Shown here: one piece after another, positions 16,852 to 27,223 of the stretch
Numbering within the stretch: position 1 is the stretch's first letter
How the letters are laid out: every line of letters begins with the position of its first letter
Sequence record: PX393109.1
DNA from: a phage
Length of the DNA stretch: 64,000 nucleotides
Reading direction: 5' to 3' (one strand)
Notes under the pieces: generated by a model
The model's database searches: none
What the model saw: only the letters and a program-made list of their open reading frames with translations
Told to the model about the DNA's origin: nothing
Translations under genes and position numbers: made by a program

Positions 16852-18306
16852 TTAACTTGCCCAGGTACCCTGAACAGTATCCATCTCCCAGTAACCGGAG
16901 ATAGCACAAACTAAGCGTAACCAGGATCCCTTATCCGAGTTGGAAATAGTGGCTTTCCCATTACGGAAGAGATCTGTACCACCAGTTTTTACTGATACGC
17001 TGTAGTTGGCACCTACAAGAACATCATAGGTCATACCAGGAACAGCGACTGGCAGGGTAACGGTAACAGCAGAAGTGGCACCATCGGTAGTGCAGATAGC
17101 ACCGGTATCAGCTGCGGTAAGAGTTACATTAGCTGTAGACGTGATGATCTTCTTAAGAGCACCAGTCATTACACCATCTACTATCTTGATGGTATCCTTA
17201 CCATTCTGGGTCAGGACTACTGATCCATCGCCTTTATGGGTTACCTTAGAAGTAAGAGTAGGTCCGTGATAGTAGGTATGAATGATATCATAGCCAGTAT
17301 TCACTGCATCGTATCGAAGAATATGATCCTCTGATGCTCTCTTACCGAAGTGGTAATCGACACCTTCAACTATGGTATCTCGGTTCCATGCGTGAGTCTG
17401 GGAAGAGGCTACCACACGATAACGAGATTCAGCTCCGCGAAGAACATGCCAGTCACGGTTAGAGTCATCGCTCATACCCGATTCCCAGATCTTAGTTCCG
17501 CTTACGCTGTAAGATACCTTAGCTCTGGCTAACCCGTTATTACTGTTAAGGTTAAGGTTAGCGTTGGACGCAGACGAGATAATTAAACCATCAGTAGAAT
17601 TACTGATGAATCTCACTGCAGCCGTCCATGAACTACCGTCCCATCCAGACATATCCAGAATCTGGACACCAGGCTTGATGGTTAAATTAGCGAGGGTATA
17701 CTTAACACCAGGGTCGATTATAGCCAGACCAGTGGTGATAGTGGTAAGCATATCCTGAACCTGGCCAGTAGAGTCGGTGAGTTTATCAGGAACAGCACCG
17801 AATTCAGTAGCTCGAAATTCTTTGCTACGACGGACTCTTACCCAACCATTCACTACGTCTTTACTATCAGATGCTATGGAGTCGTTTTCTGTTTTAACTC
17901 TGAACTCACCACCACCAGGGGTACCCTCCCCGAAGTAGCCTTTCACTATCACTCTGTCCCCATCTTTAGGAGTGATAGTTTTCAGATCTTCTACAGAGTT
18001 TACCTGACCAATGTAGCGCCAGGAAGTAGAAGACCCGAACATTGAAATAATGAAGTCTACTGCATTAGTCTGGGCGAAGATCTCGTATCCAGCTTTAAGA
18101 GTAGTTTGTTCGGCATCGGCATACGGAGTTTCACCGTCGGTGGTGTGGGGGATATCCCCCACCCACTTAACCAACACCTTCTTACCATCAGTGCGCACAA
18201 ATCTGAGAATGCAGTGGTTACCGTTTAGATAGATACCAGCCGCATAGTCACCTTTGTACTTAAGGCTGCTTAACTGCAGACTATCTGGCAATTGGGTGGA
18301 CATCAA
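16852..18306 (-). CDS. tailspike/fibre protein
   Basis: N-terminal xWxGDxP adaptor-like motif (LVKWVGDIPHT), then FGAVPDKLTDSTGQVQ beta-helix-entry-like motif. Confidence 0.55.
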   Translation of the reverse strand: MMSTQLPDSLQLSSLKYKGDYAAGIYLNGNHCILRFVRTDGKKVLVKWVGDIPHTTDGETPYADAEQTTLKAGYEIFAQTNAVDFIISMFGSSTSWRYIGQVNSVEDLKTITPKDGDRVIVKGYFGEGTPGGGEFRVKTENDSIASDSKDVVNGWVRVRRSKEFRATEFGAVPDKLTDSTGQVQDMLTTITTGLAIIDPGVKYTLANLTIKPGVQILDMSGWDGSSWTAAVRFISNSTDGLIISSASNANLNLNSNNGLARAKVSYSVSGTKIWESGMSDDSNRDWHVLRGAESRYRVVASSQTHAWNRDTIVEGVDYHFGKRASEDHILRYDAVNTGYDIIHTYYHGPTLTSKVTHKGDGSVVLTQNGKDTIKIVDGVMTGALKKIITSTANVTLTAADTGAICTTDGATSAVTVTLPVAVPGMTYDVLVGANYSVSVKTGGTDLFRNGKATISNSDKGSWLRLVCAISGYWEMDTVQGTWAS

Positions 18307-18327
18307 GAATCTCCTCAGTTTAATCTA

Positions 18328-20949
18328 TTAAACTGTCTTAAAGGCTGGCGTATCTACGGAAGTTAATACTGCGCCATCAGGAACGTTAGACTGAAGTGCT
18401 GGGTACACATCAAAGTAATAATTACCACCATTGACATAACCACTGCGGACGATAGTACCGACGTAATCAGCGCCATCCGCACCACCACCTCCTGCTATTT
18501 TAACCTTACATCCGGCAGTCTTATAATACTGGCCAGTCCAGTTAAGGTTAGTCTTAGAGCGAATAGAGTTAGATCCAGAAGTAGCGGCAGCGACAGTTTC
18601 GTTGGAGTAGAACAGAGCTCCAGGAGCAGTCACAGTAAACATAGTTCCGTCACTAGCAACAATAGTGTCGCCAGCCAGCAGAGCCATGCCATAAGGAGTA
18701 CCGGTCTTGGTATGGTAAATCACACCGTTCTGACGCCATGCTGGAGTACCACGGTAATGAGTCGCGGTAGTGGTCTTCTGAATAGGGAAGTTACAATCAG
18801 AGACCTCCAGAGTATCCACCGTGATGTTCTGGACAGTAACGTTAGCCGCACCGGTATTAGGATCAAGGCATTTCATGTTGGAGATGTTAGCAACCATCCA
18901 CTTGTTACGGCGGTAGTTATCTCGAGCATCACCAGACGTGTATCGGAAGTCGAGAATGATTTTCTCAGCTGACCAGTCCGAGAGACGATACTCGGATGCC
19001 ATACCCTGGAGAGATATGGTGGTAGCTTTGATATTCTTCATCTCGACAGTAGAGTTCAGAGTATCGGTAGTACATACCTCAACATGAACAGTACCAGTGA
19101 TATTTACGTTACGAATACGGATATTACGATGAGCGAAGGTATAGGCATTACTCACTGTACCCCACAGGAAGCGAATCATTTCCTCAGTACCATTAACTGG
19201 GGAGCCGATTACGCCATCCACATCGATATCCTTACAACCGTAGGCGATAAGGCCTCCAGTATCCAGACCTACACCAGTTGACTTATTGGCATCTGGGTAA
19301 ATCTCGATGTCTCGGATAGTGATGTTGCGGCATTTCTCCATATGGATACACTGCTTAGCACCCTTAACCTTAACGTTACTGATTACCACGTCTGACATAT
19401 ACTCGGAATCTGGAGCAGTCAGAGAGTAGTTACCAGTACCAGCCAGACCAATTGCAATACCCCAGTTGGCGTTACCAGTGCTAGTTGCGTCGACATTATC
19501 TACAGTGATGTTATCGATTCTGGTATTGGTATCTGCTACTGCCAGGTTAATCTCAATAGGGTCGCTCTTCATGTCGAAGAACTGCAAGTTCTGCAGCAGA
19601 GTCGCAGTGAGCGGCTTGGAGGATGCAGGACTACCCTGACGGAGGTAACCATAATTACAGCGACGCATAATACCGTTAGTGACGAACAGCTGGCTATTAG
19701 CCGCTAATTGCTGACACAGCAGAGCAGCAGTCGCAGAACAGTCATTAATCTCGAACTGGTCGAGTTTAAAAATACCGTTTATGTGACGAATACCGCATTT
19801 GCTAAGGTTCAGCTTAGTTATGTCAGTATCACCATTAACCAGCAGCTGTGAACTAGCACCGGTACCAACTATGGTTAGGTTCTCGATCACTACACCGGAG
19901 ATATCCACCGATTGGTTAGCGATCTTGTAAGTACCCATACCCATAAGCTTAAGACCATAAGTCTTAGCCAGAGTAACAGCGGAGCGAAGAGCTGCTGTAT
20001 CGTCCGTAGTACCGTCGCCTTTAGCTCGAGCCATTTCTGGGGTGATGTATCGAATACCATCAGCCACCGTGCCACCATATCTCAGATAGACAATAGCAGC
20101 ACCAGTAGTTTCGCCAGCAGTCATGAGCTCTGACTTAAGAGCACCAGAACCTACAGGAATCCACTTACCAGTCCCCTGTTCAGACTGAGATGGCTCCGGA
20201 TCTCCATAATTAACAACTTTAGGAAGAACACCATCCCATTTATAATACTCCCCATTTACTGAGAAGCTTACAGTCTGGACTCGGGTAGTGAGAGTCAGGC
20301 TCTGACCTTCAGACAGATCAGTAAGTTTATAATTAACGAAACCTACTTTTTCTGAGATCTCTCTGGTAAGGCTATCGATGCGATCCTGGGTAACGCTAAG
20401 AGCATCACGAGAGTTCAGCTCGGCAGTCACCAGGACGCCCTTCGACAGCTTAATCTTAGTAAGAGTGATCTTGCGACTAATAACATCGATAGTGTAATCT
20501 TCTACGCGAGTAAGGCGGACACCACCTACGAATAGACGTACGCTGGTAAAGGAATAAGGAATATTAAACTCGAATTCCCCATCCTCCTGTACCTCGTAAC
20601 TCCACTCGATACCGCTCTGTACTCCTCCAGTCCAGTAGGATTCTTCGTAGAAGTTACCAGTAGTGGTAAACGGTACAGGACCAGTCCAGTAGTACAGCAG
20701 ATTATCATATCTGACATACTGGCGGTCGTTCTCGATCACCATTCCGGAGGCATAGTTACCGAGGATATACATAGACTGACCAGCAGTCTGTTGCAACTCG
20801 TTAACGTTGCCTATTGTTTCGGCAAGAGTCTCGTCTAATACTTTCTGCTGATTTTCTAACTCTCGAATATCGAGAGTCTGGTTATCATGCTGATAAGTAT
20901 TAAGAGGAGCTCCGCCTAGTTCGCTAAATAACTTAGAACGACCGCCCAT
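18328..20949 (-). CDS. tailspike with pectate-lyase-like right-handed beta-helix (putative polysaccharide depolymerase)
   Basis: KGDGTTDDTAALRSAV (pectate lyase 3-type motif), repetitive beta-helix-like body, N-terminal YKWDGVLPK adaptor motif. Confidence 0.7.
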   Translation of the reverse strand: MGGRSKLFSELGGAPLNTYQHDNQTLDIRELENQQKVLDETLAETIGNVNELQQTAGQSMYILGNYASGMVIENDRQYVRYDNLLYYWTGPVPFTTTGNFYEESYWTGGVQSGIEWSYEVQEDGEFEFNIPYSFTSVRLFVGGVRLTRVEDYTIDVISRKITLTKIKLSKGVLVTAELNSRDALSVTQDRIDSLTREISEKVGFVNYKLTDLSEGQSLTLTTRVQTVSFSVNGEYYKWDGVLPKVVNYGDPEPSQSEQGTGKWIPVGSGALKSELMTAGETTGAAIVYLRYGGTVADGIRYITPEMARAKGDGTTDDTAALRSAVTLAKTYGLKLMGMGTYKIANQSVDISGVVIENLTIVGTGASSQLLVNGDTDITKLNLSKCGIRHINGIFKLDQFEINDCSATAALLCQQLAANSQLFVTNGIMRRCNYGYLRQGSPASSKPLTATLLQNLQFFDMKSDPIEINLAVADTNTRIDNITVDNVDATSTGNANWGIAIGLAGTGNYSLTAPDSEYMSDVVISNVKVKGAKQCIHMEKCRNITIRDIEIYPDANKSTGVGLDTGGLIAYGCKDIDVDGVIGSPVNGTEEMIRFLWGTVSNAYTFAHRNIRIRNVNITGTVHVEVCTTDTLNSTVEMKNIKATTISLQGMASEYRLSDWSAEKIILDFRYTSGDARDNYRRNKWMVANISNMKCLDPNTGAANVTVQNITVDTLEVSDCNFPIQKTTTATHYRGTPAWRQNGVIYHTKTGTPYGMALLAGDTIVASDGTMFTVTAPGALFYSNETVAAATSGSNSIRSKTNLNWTGQYYKTAGCKVKIAGGGGADGADYVGTIVRSGYVNGGNYYFDVYPALQSNVPDGAVLTSVDTPAFKTV

Positions 20950-21073
20950 TGGTGATCTCCATAAAAATATTACATGATGTACAAATACTTAGTAACTTTA
21001 GGGTAGTGATTAGTTTAAGTTAAATCTTAAATTGAAGCCTCTCCCTTCTACTACCTACGGTAAAAGTCTTTAT

Positions 21074-24061
21074 TTACTGCTTCTTTTCAAGATCGGAAAG
21101 TCTGGCTTCGATTCTTTCCAGTCTTCTTCTCTGGAATGCTGCCTCAGCAAAGAAAATTCCATCAGGTCTCACTCCCCACTCCTCACCCTCTTCGTGAATA
21201 ACCACCTCGGTGTATACAGGCTCTTCCGTGGTAGTGACATTACCCTCCTCGTCAGTATGTTCAACGACTTCATAGTGAGAGAATACCATGTCTGTCATGC
21301 GAGGATATTTGTCGTAACACAGAACAGCATATCGGCAATCCGTGCTGTCCTCATCCATCAGACCGTGAGCAATGAATACATCACGGATCTGCTGAGCAAT
21401 TACGCCAAAATGGATTCTAGCTTCATTCCCTTTTAGGTGTACAGAATCCAACCACTGGTACATAATGTAATGAACGTCTCCCCAAGCATCTAAAAAAGCA
21501 TCATCAAAAACTACCGGCTCTGTTTTCTTCTCTCCGTTAGAAGTAACAATAGGGTTGCTTCCGAGGTATGCAGTGGTGAAACGGTTGCTAGGACCACCAA
21601 GCGCAATGACGTTATCGTTATAAGGCTTAACATCAGCACTCCGAAACAGGTGCTCATCTCCGTTGTAAACTATCCTGCGAGAAGCTGTGTTACTCGCACC
21701 GTAAAGCGTAATCTGTGCACCAGTAGAAGAACTGGTGCCGTCTCCTCCGCAAAATATGATACGCTGTCCTGCGGGGTTATTAGTCGGTACAGATTTCCCG
21801 ATAAACCCATACTCACCCTCCATTAAAACTTCAGAGCGAATGTTACTACTGGTGCTGGCTCTAATGACCACATGACCTAAACCCAAATCCCCTGTAAATT
21901 CCATTGGCGCAGGAACAGTGCGAGTTCCATTCGTATCAAAAAACACTGGAACCGCTCTGTCAGGTACAGCACCATACCTGAAATCACGAGAAACGCGATT
22001 GTCTGGACCGATTTTCATTTTGTAACAATACAAATCTGAGGGATGACCGTCTGATTTGAATGGGTCCTTCTCTAAGTTATCTCCATACGTCCATGGGTTC
22101 AGATGGTCTTCCCCACCGAACATGTAATAGATATAACTATCTTTCACGACAACCGATCCGACACCGACTCCAGAGTTAACAATACCACCCTGATAAATCT
22201 GATCAGAGATGTTTACCCACTGAGTATTATCCAAGTTCCAGGTGTCGAGGTTCACTCGCGTGTAGAACGTTCGTGGGTAAGAACTGAAATATCGTTGATC
22301 CGGTGCGTTTGCTTCCCACTCGTTGTCTGCGCGTTCAGTACCGAAAAGAATCAGTTCGTTTCCTACCTTAGCGAATGGCAGGGTAGAGTGGTGTACGTTA
22401 TTCGGAAACCTCAGCGATTGCCAGGTAATCCCCAGGTCGTTACTGCGATGAAGAGAACTACCAAGACGATCAGACCTGGTTCCACGGGTTACAACATAAA
22501 GAACACCGTCAAAATACTTAACGCAGGGTTCTGACGCATCTGGCTCATATTCAGCAGGAATACGTCGTTTCTGGTAAAGACCAGGATTGTTGAACGCATC
22601 AGGGAAATACAACATACCTACTTCACGCGGAGCAACATCACCCTGGTGGTACCCCATCATGAATGAGTCGTTATTGATGGCGGTAAAACTATGAACCTCG
22701 GTAACCATAGGGATCAATCCAAGACTGGTTTTACGCCATGGTGACTGATGGAACGATGTCCCCATATGCCAGCGGTTGGTAGAGTTATTTTGGTCGAATG
22801 CTTGTTGATTTGGTGTGGTAACTGTGAACGTGTTGCGGTCAATAACTGAAGTTACAGTCATATTCCCAGAAACTCCAGTCACCCCAGAGTTTGAGAAGTT
22901 AACAAAATCCCCAGCAAAAAGACCGTGTTCGGGGATGGTAATTACAGCCACAGACTGGTTGGCCGCTTTTGTTATACCACCTGTCAGATGGTAGTTACGG
23001 GACATGGGGCGATCCCACAACTCACAGGTCACTAATGCGTTAGCTGCTAAAGTACGGGTCTCAATCATCGCAAAGAGACGATTACGCATCACTCCCATAC
23101 TCATACAGTGGTAGTTAACTGTTGGGTAATTAGGGTGTAGGTCAGTTAGCCACTCCGGGGTCGTCCAGGTCTGCCCGTCATCTCCTGAGCGAACCCAGGA
23201 TACATGAAGCCTGCTAACCCCGTGCCGATCGCTAGCCATGAACGGACAGTAAATAACATCGTCGTAAACGAACGCTTTATCCTGAGGCCAAGCATTGTAA
23301 TAAGGGGTATCGGTTATTTTAATTAACTCGCCCTGAACAAACTCGTCAGACACATAATAAAGCGGCTGGCCAGGAATACGCTCATAAACGAAACGAGTGT
23401 TGACGAATCTGCTAATATCTGGAAGCGCGGATACTTTATAGGTTCTACCGTTACCATTAATTTTCTGACCTACTGGAGCAGCGCTTAACAGATTATTAAG
23501 AGCCACAGTATCATCGACTAATCCATCACCTTTAGCTCCCCAACCACGAGGGTCGAAAATGTCACGCCATCGAGCAATCTGCAATTCGGGGTATTTTGTT
23601 GCACCATCCGGGTCTGATATTTGCCCTCGCAGTGCGGTATCACCAATACTAGCCCAAGCATCAGAAGAGACACCACCAGTAGTTAGCGGTGATGAGTTAG
23701 CATATACAGTTTTAGGGAACACACCACCCCACACGTAGCACTGGCCACCATCAATATGCCAGACAGCATCCTTTTTACTGTTTACTGTAGCACCTTCTTC
23801 AAAAGTGCCAACAAGAGTTAGTCCTAAGTCACCTAGTAATAACTTCCACTGTTCTTTAGTATTATTAATTATCGATAAATTAGACTTTTTTAAAATGGAG
23901 GTTCTAGTAGCTAATTGGGTTATTGGATGATTAATATGTCCGGATACTGGTTCATCCTTAGAATTAGTAACTAGTTGACCGCCTTCTGCCCTATCCGTCT
24001 TTTCTAAGCGGCGAATAGTCTCGGGCCAAGTTGACCCTTCTACAATTGGATTATAAGACAT
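21074..24061 (-). CDS. tailspike with Asp-box repeats and C-terminal S74 intramolecular chaperone domain (endosialidase-like)
   Basis: GAKGDGLVDDTVAL; two Asp-boxes SGDDGQTWT and SNDLGITWQ; C-terminal TSNGEKK...IHFGVIAQQIRDV...YDKY resembles Peptidase_S74 autoproteolytic chaperone. Confidence 0.7.
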   Translation of the reverse strand: MSYNPIVEGSTWPETIRRLEKTDRAEGGQLVTNSKDEPVSGHINHPITQLATRTSILKKSNLSIINNTKEQWKLLLGDLGLTLVGTFEEGATVNSKKDAVWHIDGGQCYVWGGVFPKTVYANSSPLTTGGVSSDAWASIGDTALRGQISDPDGATKYPELQIARWRDIFDPRGWGAKGDGLVDDTVALNNLLSAAPVGQKINGNGRTYKVSALPDISRFVNTRFVYERIPGQPLYYVSDEFVQGELIKITDTPYYNAWPQDKAFVYDDVIYCPFMASDRHGVSRLHVSWVRSGDDGQTWTTPEWLTDLHPNYPTVNYHCMSMGVMRNRLFAMIETRTLAANALVTCELWDRPMSRNYHLTGGITKAANQSVAVITIPEHGLFAGDFVNFSNSGVTGVSGNMTVTSVIDRNTFTVTTPNQQAFDQNNSTNRWHMGTSFHQSPWRKTSLGLIPMVTEVHSFTAINNDSFMMGYHQGDVAPREVGMLYFPDAFNNPGLYQKRRIPAEYEPDASEPCVKYFDGVLYVVTRGTRSDRLGSSLHRSNDLGITWQSLRFPNNVHHSTLPFAKVGNELILFGTERADNEWEANAPDQRYFSSYPRTFYTRVNLDTWNLDNTQWVNISDQIYQGGIVNSGVGVGSVVVKDSYIYYMFGGEDHLNPWTYGDNLEKDPFKSDGHPSDLYCYKMKIGPDNRVSRDFRYGAVPDRAVPVFFDTNGTRTVPAPMEFTGDLGLGHVVIRASTSSNIRSEVLMEGEYGFIGKSVPTNNPAGQRIIFCGGDGTSSSTGAQITLYGASNTASRRIVYNGDEHLFRSADVKPYNDNVIALGGPSNRFTTAYLGSNPIVTSNGEKKTEPVVFDDAFLDAWGDVHYIMYQWLDSVHLKGNEARIHFGVIAQQIRDVFIAHGLMDEDSTDCRYAVLCYDKYPRMTDMVFSHYEVVEHTDEEGNVTTTEEPVYTEVVIHEEGEEWGVRPDGIFFAEAAFQRRRLERIEARLSDLEKKQ

Positions 24062-24136
24062 TTAATCACCCTATGATATTGTCAACACTTCGTTTATCAT
24101 AACCCATGTACAAGTTGCACCTGCTATTGTAGCTAT

Positions 24137-24760
24137 TTATTTAGCTCGAACGATGTACAGAAATGCTACGTTCTTTGGTACAATTTCATTGGTGCCGTTT
24201 CGTCCATATACTGAAGATGATCGTGATGCCAAGAAGTTAATTACTGTAGGATACTTAGAGGTATCGTTAATATCCATTGGAAGTCCAGCTAATCTATAAT
24301 ACTGACCTTTAGTATTAGTACCGTAGAGTGATCCAGAACCAAATCCTGATGCTGTGCTTTCCCAGATTGATGCATTCTCAGTATTAACAGTCCTGAACCA
24401 CCCAAATATTTCTGGGGCAGAATCTGACTGACCAGTATTGATCGTTCGCCCTGCATCCATGCCTCTGCCATCATCATAACCACGGATAAATTGTGCACGT
24501 AGATCTTGTAACTGATTAGTTGTCCATAGCTTAGCCAGTTCTGGGTATGTTTCTGGATCGAATACCTGACCATTCATCTTCAGAAATCGCATACCTTTCA
24601 TTGAGGTGAATATCTCATCAGGCATCTTGGTAGGATGGACCCATGGGAATGGTACTCCGATTAATGGAGCTCCATTACCGATACCTAGCTGGCGTAGATA
24701 TGCTTCAACTTCAGCATCTGTACCTTCGTTCATTAAGTACTTAAGACGAGTGAGGCTCAT
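24137..24760 (-). CDS. stand-alone tail-collar (receptor-binding tip) domain protein
   Basis: GVPFPWVHP...YPELAKLW...LQDLRAQFIRGYDDGRGMDAGR...NVAFLYIVRAK, paralogous to the C-terminus of the 25444-26886 fibre. Confidence 0.6.
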   Translation of the reverse strand: MSLTRLKYLMNEGTDAEVEAYLRQLGIGNGAPLIGVPFPWVHPTKMPDEIFTSMKGMRFLKMNGQVFDPETYPELAKLWTTNQLQDLRAQFIRGYDDGRGMDAGRTINTGQSDSAPEIFGWFRTVNTENASIWESTASGFGSGSLYGTNTKGQYYRLAGLPMDINDTSKYPTVINFLASRSSSVYGRNGTNEIVPKNVAFLYIVRAK

Positions 24761-24835
24761 AATGACACCTCACTTACAATCATGATACTATCTGGAGTCA
24801 TGTAATTAATTGACATAACTACCCCTTATTAAATA

Positions 24836-25444
24836 TTACTTGGCAGGTGCTTCTGGCCATACGATAGTATCAGGATCAGTAGTTTCAATAGCTTCTACTT
24901 CCTCTTGATAATCTAGCCATAAATTGAACTTGACTTTATCAGCATCGCTCAGTCGACCCATTGCCAGTTTGGATGGCCACTGCTTACTATTGATATAAGC
25001 ATTAGCATCTTCAATCAGTGCTACTTTCTTAGCATCAGCTGCAGCTACCTTAGATTCGTACTCGGCAACCTCATCCAGTACCCAAGCACTCGTATCTTCA
25101 TCCCACTTATCATGGATTGAAGTAGGTGCGATGATCGTATAAGTGTCATCGATAGGACCAAGCTCCTGGATAGTGACCTTAGTTTGATCATCTTTTGAGT
25201 AAACTTCTACTCCACGGTGATCTTCTACGTATTCCCACTTCTTGGTATCTTCATGATATACTCGTGCATATCCTTCACGTTCTTCAAGTACTGGAACGAT
25301 GGTGGAGTGAGCTGGTACTGATACGCCTACGTAGATAAACTCTTCACGATTAAACGTGAACTCATGAGTGTTCTCATTGTAGTTATAAACCATCACCTTA
25401 CCAGAAGTGGTGGCAAAACCTTGATCGTTAAATTCAATACTCAT
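24836..25444 (-). CDS. tail fibre assembly chaperone (Tfa-like)
   Basis: C-terminal ...LWLDYQEEVEAIETTDPDTIVWPEAP typical of Tfa/gp38-like chaperones; immediately downstream of a fibre gene. Confidence 0.65.
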   Translation of the reverse strand: MSIEFNDQGFATTSGKVMVYNYNENTHEFTFNREEFIYVGVSVPAHSTIVPVLEEREGYARVYHEDTKKWEYVEDHRGVEVYSKDDQTKVTIQELGPIDDTYTIIAPTSIHDKWDEDTSAWVLDEVAEYESKVAAADAKKVALIEDANAYINSKQWPSKLAMGRLSDADKVKFNLWLDYQEEVEAIETTDPDTIVWPEAPAK

Positions 25445-26886
25445 TATAATGCCCTTACAATAATGTTGTATGCGACGTTACGTGGACGTGTCTCATTCGG
25501 AAGATTATCAACTATGTTAGTAGTCCTCATATTCTTACTAAGATCATCCAACTCACCACGAGCTCCGGCATGTAGCGTGACATTGTAAGAATTACCTGGT
25601 AGCTGAACTGGACTGCCATTAGTTTTGATCTGAGTATTATGAATATGTTCCTGAATAGATTGTGATTGACTACTCAAGATAGTTCTTCCTGCATCAACGT
25701 TTCTACCGTCATCCCAACCACGTATAAATTCACCACGTAGATCAGGTAACTTATTAGTAGGATAAACAGTAGCTAACTTAGGATACAGTTCAGCATCGAA
25801 GTTATCACCACGAGCTTGGATGAAGTGCATACCTTTCAGTTCAGGATATACTTCATCCGGCATCTTATCCGATGGCCAGTAGAAGGGTACACCAATCATC
25901 GGTACACCGAATTCATACTTGGTCTTATCCATCTTACCAGCTAATGTGACCAGTACTTGCTGCAGATCTGCCACACCAGCATTAGCGATACCTGCGAATA
26001 ACTTGACTACCCAGCATCCAATAGCCGCATTAGGACGTACTTCATCAGTACCGTCACGACCATAAGATGGACTAGATACTGAAGCATCAATTCTTATATC
26101 TAGTACTCCACTATTAGTACTAGATACAGCATTAGACATTTTACCATTATACTCAGCGATTATCGATGAGTTAGATGGTACACCTGATCCGAAGATGTTA
26201 ACTATATTACTAACTGAGCCAGTAATATTAGGTGCACCATTCTGTAGTACTTTACCGGTACGAGCTGTATCACCATTATCACCACGGATGTGCAATCCCT
26301 TTATGGAATCACTCAGCTTACCATTTAGGTCAGGTACTCGAAAAGTAGTCGTACCATCACCAGTAGTATAACAGTGACGCTTAGTAGGATCAGCTACCCA
26401 GTCAGCTTCAGGACATACTTGTACTAGTCCAGCATTAATTGCTGCCCAAGTATCAGGATACAAGATACGTGAGAAGATACCACCATCAGCTGCTACGAAT
26501 CCACCCCATAATGGTGACCCTAATAACTTACGAGAGGATAACCACTTAACTTCCAATAAGTTACCAGCACCCATTTGGTCGATCGACCAAGGTACCCAGT
26601 TAGAATGGGTGATAGGTGCGTTTGCAATATCTACTGGGAAGTTACCCTTCCATGAATATGCACGCTGACGATCAAGAGATACTACTAGATCGAATCGGTT
26701 AGATAAGATACCACCGAACTCAAAAGTAGCTGCCAGATTGTAACCACAATCGGCTAAGTCATTCGCCCACAACTCGATGATGTTATCTTGGTTGTTCTTA
26801 ATCTTAGGAGTCAATTCATTACGAAGTTCACCAGCACCATCAGATGGATTGAAACCAATATAACCACCCATATTAGTTCTCCACAA
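25444..26886 (-). CDS. tail fibre with C-terminal tail-collar domain
   Basis: GVPFYWPSDKMPDEVYPELKGMHF...LPDLRGEFIRGWDDGRNVDAGR...NVAYNIIVRAL. Confidence 0.7.
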   Translation of the reverse strand: MWRTNMGGYIGFNPSDGAGELRNELTPKIKNNQDNIIELWANDLADCGYNLAATFEFGGILSNRFDLVVSLDRQRAYSWKGNFPVDIANAPITHSNWVPWSIDQMGAGNLLEVKWLSSRKLLGSPLWGGFVAADGGIFSRILYPDTWAAINAGLVQVCPEADWVADPTKRHCYTTGDGTTTFRVPDLNGKLSDSIKGLHIRGDNGDTARTGKVLQNGAPNITGSVSNIVNIFGSGVPSNSSIIAEYNGKMSNAVSSTNSGVLDIRIDASVSSPSYGRDGTDEVRPNAAIGCWVVKLFAGIANAGVADLQQVLVTLAGKMDKTKYEFGVPMIGVPFYWPSDKMPDEVYPELKGMHFIQARGDNFDAELYPKLATVYPTNKLPDLRGEFIRGWDDGRNVDAGRTILSSQSQSIQEHIHNTQIKTNGSPVQLPGNSYNVTLHAGARGELDDLSKNMRTTNIVDNLPNETRPRNVAYNIIVRAL

Positions 26887-27214
26887 TGGAAAGAGTCAGG
26901 TCTACCATGTTCGAGTTATTAGAAGTATCTACAGCGGATGCTGAAGCTACTACCTGATCACCATCCATGAGAATTACCTTAGCAGAATCGATATTCAATG
27001 CCGACTTCTGAGGAAGATTAGTGTCTTTACCTAGCAGGTAGACATCATTTCCAGATGCTGGTTTAATCTTAAGCTGGAACTGAGCTGCAGCATCTGTAAC
27101 ACCATTATGGGCTGCCAGGATTCCAACGATTATAGCACCAGTAGCCGGAGTAGTATAAATGGTAGATTCAGATTTAGTTAGCGTAGCGCTAGCTCGTTTA
27201 AATTTAGCTGCCAT
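26873..27214 (-). CDS. hypothetical virion protein
   Basis: 113-aa ORF inside the fibre locus. Confidence 0.4.
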   Translation of the reverse strand: MAAKFKRASATLTKSESTIYTTPATGAIIVGILAAHNGVTDAAAQFQLKIKPASGNDVYLLGKDTNLPQKSALNIDSAKVILMDGDQVVASASAVDTSNNSNMVDLTLSIVEN

Positions 27215-27223
27215 GAGTATTCC

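Noticed and set aside
24137-26886. Mu/P1-style invertible tail-fibre G segment
   Set aside because: Both tail-collar copies are on the same strand, no flanking inverted repeats seen, and no Gin/Hin/Cin-type invertase in the window.
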